From a bacterium (GTDB lineage Bacteria; Desulfobacterota; DSWW01), in assembly GCA_040756235.1 (NCBI GenBank), contig JBFLZG010000100.1, forward strand, positions 1-53,841: a stretch of 53,841 nucleotides of DNA, written 5' to 3'. Under the pieces are notes generated by a model. The model was not told the origin of the DNA and did no database searches. It saw only the letters and a list, made by a program, of their open reading frames with translations. Positions 45,134-53,841 of this stretch are shown in pieces. The translations under genes and the position numbers were made by a program. Numbering within the stretch: position 1 is the stretch's first letter; each line of letters starts with the position of its first letter.

Positions 45134-46432
45134 TCAGCTCTTCGGCTTCGCCGGCGGGCCGTTTTCCGAGGCGCTTTCACCTGCGGCGCAAGCCCGCGCC
45201 CGGAATCGAACGAGGCCCTCGCCCGCGAGGGGCTGCCAGCGGCCTCGCCGCATGCGGCTGCGGACTTCCTCGGATTCCAGCACCAGAGTCGTCACGTGGC
45301 GGCCTTCGGGGCTGAAGACATGGACCCGGTTGCGGGGGCCCAGCACCACGATCGTGCTCCTGTGAGCGTCCCAGAGGACGCTCTCGGCAGATGCTCCGGC
45401 GACGTCCTCCAGGGCCTTGAACGTCGGCCGCCGGTCGGCGCGGCGCTCTTCCGCATGGGCCGTCCTCCGGAAGGTCTGACGGCCGGCCCGCTCCAGGGCC
45501 CGCGCCATCCTCTTCAGGATTTCCTCAGCTCGGGGAACCGTCTCGATCGGAAGCGGCCGGGACGGCCTGGCGGTGCTCCGTGGAGCCAGCGCGGCCAGCC
45601 GCTGGCGGCCGTCCAGGAGAATGTTGAGGATCCGCCGGTTGTGCGGCCTGAGCGTGAGGGAGTCCATGGCCGACGACCCGTCATTGAACCGCCCGAGCAC
45701 GTTCAGTTCCAGCCGGGCCGATCCGTCGGGGCGCCGGGATTCCACGGCCTGGAGGGTGAAGGCGACCCGTTCGAGCTTCCTGGGTGTCGCCGTCGGCGGG
45801 AGGAGCTCGAGAAACCCGAAAACGACCTGGCCGAGGATGTCGTACGTCTTGGACTGTTTGCCGAAGACGTTGAGCTGTCGTTGCTTGAGGGGAGCCGCAT
45901 CCATGAAGACGGCCACGAGCTCCTGTCCCAAAGGGCTGTAGAGCAGGTCCACCTGGGCGTGGTGCAGGTCGAGCAGCACCTGGGAGAGCTCCTGCCACTG
46001 GGGGACGCCGGTGGAGGAATAGCCGCCGAAGACCGTTGTGGGCGACGCCGGGAGCGCGTGGGTGCAATCGCAGGTTTCGCAGCGATAACAATAGACGCGG
46101 CCGTAGCGGTAGGCATCGGCCCGGGTGGCCATCTCCCGGACTGCTGCCCGGATCTGCTCTTCCAGAGGAGTCCTGGCGCTCACCTTCCACGGGCTCCCGG
46201 GCTCCACGAGCACTCTCAGCTCCAGCGGGAAAGGTTGGGAAAGATCGGCGCGGGGGCCGAACATTTCGGCCAGGGCATCTTGTGCGGCCGCCGCGAGGAC
46301 CCGGGCAAGCTCGGTCGCCCGGACGGGCAGCTCGGCCGCGGCCCTCTCGTGCGATCGGCTACGGCGGAAGCGCTGTCTTCTGCTGCGCCGCCTGGGCACA
46401 GCACCAGCGGGCTGACCCGAGTCCGCGCTCAT
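45134..46432 (-). CDS. Hypothetical protein with a CxxCxxxxCxH-type putative Zn site
   Basis: 432 codons, RBS ggagga, YCYRCETCDCTH; no family recognised. Confidence 0.75.
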   Translation of the reverse strand: MSADSGQPAGAVPRRRSRRQRFRRSRSHERAAAELPVRATELARVLAAAAQDALAEMFGPRADLSQPFPLELRVLVEPGSPWKVSARTPLEEQIRAAVREMATRADAYRYGRVYCYRCETCDCTHALPASPTTVFGGYSSTGVPQWQELSQVLLDLHHAQVDLLYSPLGQELVAVFMDAAPLKQRQLNVFGKQSKTYDILGQVVFGFLELLPPTATPRKLERVAFTLQAVESRRPDGSARLELNVLGRFNDGSSAMDSLTLRPHNRRILNILLDGRQRLAALAPRSTARPSRPLPIETVPRAEEILKRMARALERAGRQTFRRTAHAEERRADRRPTFKALEDVAGASAESVLWDAHRSTIVVLGPRNRVHVFSPEGRHVTTLVLESEEVRSRMRRGRWQPLAGEGLVRFRARACAAGESASENGPPAKPKS

Positions 46433-46462
46433 CGCATCCTCCCGGAGGCCCACCCACCGTTT

Positions 46463-46626
46463 TCAGTTGTCAGTTCTCAGGGGCTGACAGCCCGCTCGCG
46501 GCAACCGGCGCCAATCCGTTGCCGGCTGTCAGCTGTCAGTTGCGAGATGACGAACGGACCCCTCGATCAGCGGTCAGGCTCGTTTGTCGCCTCAGAGCAG
46601 GAAGCCCGGGCTGACAGCTGACCGCC
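46463..46626. repeat. Heptameric short repeats (TCAGTTG/TCAGCTG and inverse CTGACAG)
   Basis: tcagttgtcagttctc identical to 36047-36062; ctgtcagctgtcagttg 46526-46542; ctgacagctgac from 46611. Confidence 0.7.
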
Positions 46627-46684
46627 GGCAAGGAACCTTCCCTTCAATTGTAATGGGTGCTCGAACGGGGGGCAACGCGGGCAA

Positions 46685-47383
46685 TCAGCCGGATACGATC
46701 ACCGAGGCCGGACGCAACACTTTCCCGTTGCGGCGGAAACCGGGTCGCACCTCTTCGATGACGAGGCCGGTCTCGGTCCCGCGGCCGGGAACGACGGCCA
46801 CCGCCTCGTGGACGCGAGGGTCGAAAGTCTGCCCGGCCGTGGGAATGCGCTCGAGCCCGTTCTTCTCCATGACCGCGAGCAACTCCTGGCGGATCAGGTC
46901 GATGCCCCGCCGGATCGCCTCCTGTCCTCCCGTGGACCCGGAGTTGTCGAGGGCCCTCTCGAGGTGCTCGAGCAGAGGAATGAGATCCGTCAGGACCGTC
47001 TCGCGCCCGATTTGAACGAGCTCTTTGCGCTCCTCCTGGGAACGTCTCTTGAAGTTCTCGAAATCGGCCAGCAGCCTCAGGTAGCGCTCTTCGCAGCTCA
47101 GCTCGGCTTTCGCGCCGCCGACCTCGTCGACGTTGCCGGGCCCCGCGGGGAGCTCCTCCGGAGATTCTCCGTGCCTGTCCCCGTCCTCTCTTCCTGTCGA
47201 GAGCGGCTGCTCCGCGGGTGCTTCGGGGACCCCGGACCGGCAGCCGCTCATCTTCGCCCCGGCTCCGGGGCGTTCCCTTTCTGCAGGGCCGTGGTGCGCG
47301 TGTTTCCCTTGCGGCTCTGTCGCGCGCTTCTCCGGCGCCTCCCCGGCTTCCTCTTCTCCCACGACCCTGATGGGGATTCTCAT
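46685..47383 (-). CDS. grpE: Nucleotide exchange factor GrpE
   Basis: YLRLLADFENFKRR, LERAL, FDPRVHEAV, GKVLRPASVIV; long low-complexity N-terminus. Confidence 0.93.
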   Translation of the reverse strand: MRIPIRVVGEEEAGEAPEKRATEPQGKHAHHGPAERERPGAGAKMSGCRSGVPEAPAEQPLSTGREDGDRHGESPEELPAGPGNVDEVGGAKAELSCEERYLRLLADFENFKRRSQEERKELVQIGRETVLTDLIPLLEHLERALDNSGSTGGQEAIRRGIDLIRQELLAVMEKNGLERIPTAGQTFDPRVHEAVAVVPGRGTETGLVIEEVRPGFRRNGKVLRPASVIVSG

Positions 47384-47501
47384 TCCTCGATCTCCTCAGT
47401 CTCTATCGATCAACGCGCTTCCGGACGAACCGGAGAGCGGCATCCCAACGAGGTGCTCCGGTGCCGTCGGCCGCTTTCCTTGCGACCCGCAGATGGGCTA
47501 A

Positions 47502-47529
47502 AAGATAAGTACGTTCACCGGACAGTCAA
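47502..47529 (-). promoter_or_regulatory. Putative promoter of grpE
   Basis: Minus strand TTGACT-N16-TATCTT. Confidence 0.35.
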
Positions 47530-47545
47530 CCAGAGGGCAGAGATC

Positions 47546-48214
47546 GTGAGGAGCGAGCGTCCGTCGAGGAAGCGGTGCGCGATGAAGGAGATCCGGGCCG
47601 CCGCTCTCGGCCGTATGTCGGGCGGCCGGGCCAGCCACGGATGGGACCACGTGGAGCGCGTCTGGAGCCTTTGCCGGACGATCGGGAGGGAGGAAGGCGC
47701 CGACCTGGAGATCCTCGAGCTCGCGGCCTTTCTGCACGACCTCGGCCGGGCCGAAGAGACCGCTTCCGCAGGCAAGACTTGCCACGCGCAGGCAGGCGCC
47801 ATGCTGGCGCTGGAGATTCTCCGGGAACAGGGCTTCCCGGACGAGACCATCCGGGCCGTGGTTCACTGCATCGAGTCGCATCGCTTCCGGGCAAAGGGCA
47901 GCCGGCCCCGTTCCCTGGAGGCCCGGGTCCTGTTCGACGCCGACAAGCTGGACTCGATCGGCGCGGTCGGCGTAGGCCGGGCCTTTCAGTTCGCCGGCGA
48001 GGTCGGGGCCGTGCTTCACAATCCGCACGCGGACATCTCCGAGACGCGTCCCTATTCTCCGGACGACACGGCCTATCGGGAATTCTGCGTCAAGCTCGTC
48101 AGGATCCGGGACAGCATGCTCACCGCGACCGGCCGGCGGCTGGCCGCGGATCGGCACCGGTTCATGGTCGCCTTCTTCGATCGCCTCCAGGAAGAGGTGG
48201 CAGGCAGGAGATAG
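47546..48214 (+). CDS. HD-domain metal-dependent phosphohydrolase (YedJ/YpgQ-like)
   Basis: SHGWDHVERV, AAFLHDLGR, HCIESHRF, LFDADKLDSIGAVGVGRAF; start 47546 (GTG) or 47582. Confidence 0.9.
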   Translation: MRSERPSRKRCAMKEIRAAALGRMSGGRASHGWDHVERVWSLCRTIGREEGADLEILELAAFLHDLGRAEETASAGKTCHAQAGAMLALEILREQGFPDETIRAVVHCIESHRFRAKGSRPRSLEARVLFDADKLDSIGAVGVGRAFQFAGEVGAVLHNPHADISETRPYSPDDTAYREFCVKLVRIRDSMLTATGRRLAADRHRFMVAFFDRLQEEVAGRR

Positions 48215-48307
48215 CCATACGGCCATCGGCGTGCGGGGCTTTTCACGCCGAGAGCCGACAAGCCGGTAACGGAGAGCGAGAAGGCCTCCGCGGATGGGGG
48301 CAGGGGC

Positions 48308-48373
48308 CCTTCCTTGAAACGGGGGGCGGCCGATTCGCCTTCCTTGAAACAGGGCCGGCTGATTTTCTATGCT
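48308..48373 (+). promoter_or_regulatory. 30-bp tandem duplication containing the putative ligA promoter
   Basis: ccttccttgaaac at 48308 and 48338; the second copy gives TTGAAA-N18-TATGCT. Confidence 0.5.
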
Positions 48374-48398
48374 GAGGTATTCCGGGCATATCCTCTGA

Positions 48399-50435
<2,037 letters not shown>

Positions 50436-50490
50436 CGTCCTCGCGGCCCCCACGCGCTTCGGTTGAGAGAACGTCGCTGGGCTGAAGAAG

Positions 50491-52278
50491 ATGGAGAACA
50501 TCGAGATCGCTCGGCTGCTGGATGTGTTCGCGGACGTGCTGGAGATCCAGGGCGAGAACCCGTTCCGCGTGCGGGCGTATCGGAACGCGGCCCGCACCGT
50601 CCGGGGCCACGGAGCGCCCATGCGCAAGCTCCTCGCCGAGGGTGCGGACCTCACGCAGCTCGCGGGCATCGGCAAGGAGATGGCGAGCCACATCCGGGCG
50701 CTCGTCGAAACGGGCAAGCTCGCGCAGCTCGAGGCAGCCCTGGAGGCCGTCCCGCCCCAGGTCCTGGACCTCATGCGCATTCCCGGGCTCGGTCCCAAGA
50801 GGGCCAAGCAGCTCTGGGAAGAGCTCGGGGTGGCGTCCGTGGACGAGCTCCAGCGCGCTGTCGAGGAGGGCCGGCTCGCCGGCCTCAAGGGGTACGGGGC
50901 CAAGATCCGGCAGAACATCCTGGAGGGGATCGCGGCCTTCCGCAGCCAGGGCAGCCGTTTCAAGCTGTGCGACGCGGACCAGTACGTGATCCCGCTGGTC
51001 GAGCACATGCGCAGGGCGCCCGGGGTCGAGCGGGTGGAGGTCGCCGGGAGCTACCGGCGGCGCCGGGAGACCGTGGGGGACATCGACATTCTCGTCATCG
51101 CGCAAGACATGGGACCGGTCATGAAGCACTTCACGGCCTACGGCGGCGTGGCCAGGGTCCAGTCCGCCGGGGGAACGCGGGGCTCCGTGCTGCTGACCTC
51201 AGGGCTTCAAGTGGACCTGCGGATCCTTTCCAGGGAAAGCTTCGGCGCCGCCCTGGCGTACTTCACCGGATCCAAGGAGCACAACATCCGGCTGAGGAGG
51301 ATCGGCATCGAGCGCGGCCTGCGGATTTCCGAGTACGGCGTCTTCCGGGTGGAGGCCGAGGCGAAGCGCGGCAGAAGCCGCGAGGAAGTCGAGGGCAAGG
51401 AAGCGCTCGACCGGGACCCTATGGCCGGGGAGCTCGTGGCCGGCCGGGAGGAAGCCGACGTCTACAAGGCCGTGGGCCTTCCCTGGATCCCGCCCGAGCT
51501 GCGCGAGGACCGGGGCGAGATCGAGGCGGCCCGGCAAGGTACGCTGCCCAGGCTTCTGCAGCCGACGGACATCAAGGGGGACCTCCAGGTCCACTCCACG
51601 TGGTCCGACGGCGAGAACACGATCGAGCAGATGCTCGATGCCTGCCTGGCCAGAAAGTACGAGTACCTGGCCATCACCGACCACAGCAAGGCGGTCACGA
51701 TCGCCCGGGGGCTGAACGGGAAGCGCCTCAGGGAGCAGTGGCAGGCGATCGACGAGGTGGCGAGCCGGCGCGGCGAGATCCGCATCCTGAAGGGCATGGA
51801 GGTGGACATCCTGGCCGACGGCAGCCTGGACCTCGAGGACGAGCTCATCGAAGAGCTGGACCTCGTGGTCGTCGCCATCCACTCCAAGTTCAACCTGCCT
51901 GCCGTTCAGCAGACCGAGCGGATCCTCAAGGGCCTCCGGCACCCTCGCGTTCATCTGTTCGCCCACCCCACCTGCAGGATCATCAATCAGAGAAAGCCGA
52001 TCGAGTTCGACCTGGACGAAGTGCTCACCGCAGCCGCGGAGCTGGGTGTGGCCGTCGAGCTGAACGCCAGCCCGGACCGGCTCGACCTCATGGACGCTCA
52101 CGTGTTGCAGGCGCGGAAGAAGGGGGTCAGGATCGCGATCGACACGGACGCCCACCGGATCGAAGACCTGGGCCTGATCCGCTACGGAGTGGAGCAGGCC
52201 CGGAGGGCGTGGCTGGGGAAAGAGCACGTTCTCAATGCCCTGCCGCTCGACAAGCTCCTCAAGGCGCTGCGACCGTGA
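50491..52278 (+). CDS. polX: DNA polymerase X with PHP exonuclease domain
   Basis: GENPFRVRAY, AGSYRR..GDIDIL, VDLR, YFTGSKEHN, IPPELRE; PHP motifs HSTWSDG, TDHS, AHP, TDAH. Confidence 0.95.
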   Translation: MENIEIARLLDVFADVLEIQGENPFRVRAYRNAARTVRGHGAPMRKLLAEGADLTQLAGIGKEMASHIRALVETGKLAQLEAALEAVPPQVLDLMRIPGLGPKRAKQLWEELGVASVDELQRAVEEGRLAGLKGYGAKIRQNILEGIAAFRSQGSRFKLCDADQYVIPLVEHMRRAPGVERVEVAGSYRRRRETVGDIDILVIAQDMGPVMKHFTAYGGVARVQSAGGTRGSVLLTSGLQVDLRILSRESFGAALAYFTGSKEHNIRLRRIGIERGLRISEYGVFRVEAEAKRGRSREEVEGKEALDRDPMAGELVAGREEADVYKAVGLPWIPPELREDRGEIEAARQGTLPRLLQPTDIKGDLQVHSTWSDGENTIEQMLDACLARKYEYLAITDHSKAVTIARGLNGKRLREQWQAIDEVASRRGEIRILKGMEVDILADGSLDLEDELIEELDLVVVAIHSKFNLPAVQQTERILKGLRHPRVHLFAHPTCRIINQRKPIEFDLDEVLTAAAELGVAVELNASPDRLDLMDAHVLQARKKGVRIAIDTDAHRIEDLGLIRYGVEQARRAWLGKEHVLNALPLDKLLKALRP

Positions 52279-52340
52279 GAGGGATGCACGAGGGTTGCAG
52301 GGGAAATTGAAGAATTGCAGGAGAAGCTGAGGGAGGAACT

Positions 52341-53549
52341 ATGGAAGACACGGTTCTGGATCAGCTCGTGATCAAAAGTCGGAGCAAGATCGTATTTCTC
52401 ATTTTCGACGGCCTCGGAGGCCTCGCCATGGACGGCAAGGCCGGGACCGAGCTCCAGGCCGCCCGCAAGCCGAACCTCGACCGGCTTGCGAAGGAGTCGA
52501 TCTGCGGTCTTCTCGACCCGATCCGTCCCGGCATCAGCCCGGGAAGCGGGCCGGCGCACTTCGCCCTGTTCGGCTACGATCCGATCCGCTGCAACATCGG
52601 CAGAGGGGTGCTCTCGGCCGCGGGCGTGGAGTTCGACCTCACGGACCGGGACCTGGCGGCGCGCGTGAACTTCTGCACCCTGGACGCGGACGGCAACGTC
52701 TCCGACCGCAGGGCGGGCCGGATCCCGACTGAGGTGTGCGCGCGGCTGTGCGCCAAGGTGCGCGAGCGGTTGCGCGTCCCGGCCGGCTACGAGCTGTTCT
52801 TCCTGCCCGAGAAGGAGTACCGGGCCGTCTTCATCCTGCGCGGCGACGGACTGAGCGATGCCCTTTCCGACACCGACCCCCAGAGGACCGGCAAGCCTCC
52901 GCTGGATCCCGCCCCGACATCGGCGGAAGCCGGGCCGACGGCCAGGCTGCTCAAGGACCTGCTCGACCAGACGCGCCGGATCCTCGCGGACGAGCACCCG
53001 GCGAACATGATCCTCCTCAGGGGTTATGCGAAGCACCGGCGCTATGCTTCTCTCCTGGAGAGGTTCAAGCTGCGGTCGCTCGCCATAGCGAACTATCCCA
53101 TGTACCGGGGCATCGCGAAGCTCCTGGGCATGGACCTGCATCCGGTCACGCCGGACGTGCCTTCCCAGATCGAGGCCCTGGGCCGCAAGCTCGGCGACTA
53201 CGACTTCTTTTTCGTTCACGTGAAGTATGCCGACTCGCGCGGAGAGGACGGAGATTTCGACGGGAAGGTGAAGGTGTTCGAAGAGGTCGATCCCCTGATC
53301 CCCCGCATCCGCGCCCTGAACCCGGACGTGCTGGTCGTGACCGGAGACCACTCCACCCCGTCCCTGCTCAAGAGCCACAGCTGGCACCCGGTCCCGGTTC
53401 TTCTGAATGCCCGTTCGGCCCGGGTGGACCGGGTCGAGGCCTTCGACGAGATCAGCTGCATTGCGGGAGGTCTCGGCCGTCAGCCTTCCGTGAATCTCAT
53501 GGGCCTGGCGCTGGCCCATGCCGGGCGGCTGGTCAAGTTCGGCGCCTAG
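52341..53549 (+). CDS. apgM: 2,3-BPG-independent phosphoglycerate mutase, archaeal type
   Basis: IFDGLGG, TELQAA.KPNLD, PGSGPAH..LFGYDP, DRRAGRI, TGDHSTP, HSWHPVP. Confidence 0.9.
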   Translation: MEDTVLDQLVIKSRSKIVFLIFDGLGGLAMDGKAGTELQAARKPNLDRLAKESICGLLDPIRPGISPGSGPAHFALFGYDPIRCNIGRGVLSAAGVEFDLTDRDLAARVNFCTLDADGNVSDRRAGRIPTEVCARLCAKVRERLRVPAGYELFFLPEKEYRAVFILRGDGLSDALSDTDPQRTGKPPLDPAPTSAEAGPTARLLKDLLDQTRRILADEHPANMILLRGYAKHRRYASLLERFKLRSLAIANYPMYRGIAKLLGMDLHPVTPDVPSQIEALGRKLGDYDFFFVHVKYADSRGEDGDFDGKVKVFEEVDPLIPRIRALNPDVLVVTGDHSTPSLLKSHSWHPVPVLLNARSARVDRVEAFDEISCIAGGLGRQPSVNLMGLALAHAGRLVKFGA

Positions 53550-53722
53550 GAGGCTGTCCATAAGTACCCATCTGTGGGGCCGTTGCTGACCGAGGGGCAA
53601 AGAATTTTTCGCCCCTGCGGCGCCGGGGGAACCATCTTTGCCGTCATTCGGCGCAGGCCGGACCCGGTTCCTGCAGCTGGTCTGGGTGCACCCGGCTCCC
53701 ACGCGCTCCGCAACGGGCCGGG
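53549..53722. mobile_element. MITE-like element C, left end with different palindromic cargo; right end not found
   Basis: ggaggctgtccata..cccatctg as in element A, starting at the TAG stop; followed by aggggcaaagaatttttcgcccct (53593-53616) and a CGTC-type unit (53641-53722). Confidence 0.6.
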
Positions 53723-53841
53723 CATCATAGACGAAAGGCGGCCCTTGAGGAGGCTTCGGGAAGCGAGATGATTCCTTGCCCCACCCAACCAGCTTGGTTC
53801 CCGCTCGGCTCGGGAAATTGCGTCGGAGCAGTGACGGACGC

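Overview
GC-rich bacterial chromosomal segment. Gene content (NrfD/HdrD-type redox genes, gatCAB, PilZ, PC4) suggests an anaerobic deltaproteobacterium-like organism; this is an inference. No rRNA, tRNA, CRISPR array, prophage or transposase was recognised. Left to right: (1) 135-10385, a lipid/steroid/isoprenoid-type catabolic cluster: a Cys-less Ltp3-like thiolase, two DUF35 proteins, a CrtC-like protein, a CrtI-like flavoprotein, BKACE, Fe-ADH, an SCP2-like protein, PadR, then DUF35 plus an SCP2-type thiolase. (2) 10406-21099, a ferredoxin, a degenerate AOR-like protein, a BPL_N GATase-like protein and a six-gene membrane redox complex (NrfC, NrfD, Tat molybdopterin-family subunit, pentaheme cytochrome c, cytochrome c-NarI fusion, HdrD-like). 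(3) 21945-26712, a nitrilase-less Nit1C-like cluster (DsrE-like, radical SAM-GNAT fusion, AIRS-like), a degenerate polyprenyl synthase and a nucleotidyltransferase. (4) Housekeeping genes: PilZ, SpoVG-like, sppA, gatCAB, mtnA, PC4, trxA, murB, cinA, speD. (5) A minus-strand operon of a GH-A/GT2 fusion, an ABC exporter and a GT-B-like gene. (6) thiL, an unknown protein, grpE, an HD protein, ligA, polX, apgM. The most striking item is missing from the ORF track: a 29-codon membrane peptide ending in TGA, followed by a SECIS-like hairpin and continuing in frame into thioredoxin, i.e. a candidate selenocysteine read-through membrane-anchored Trx. Intergenic spaces hold several palindromic repeat families, some nested inside MITE-like AGGCTG..CAGCCT shells. 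All family calls come from motif recognition; no searches were run.
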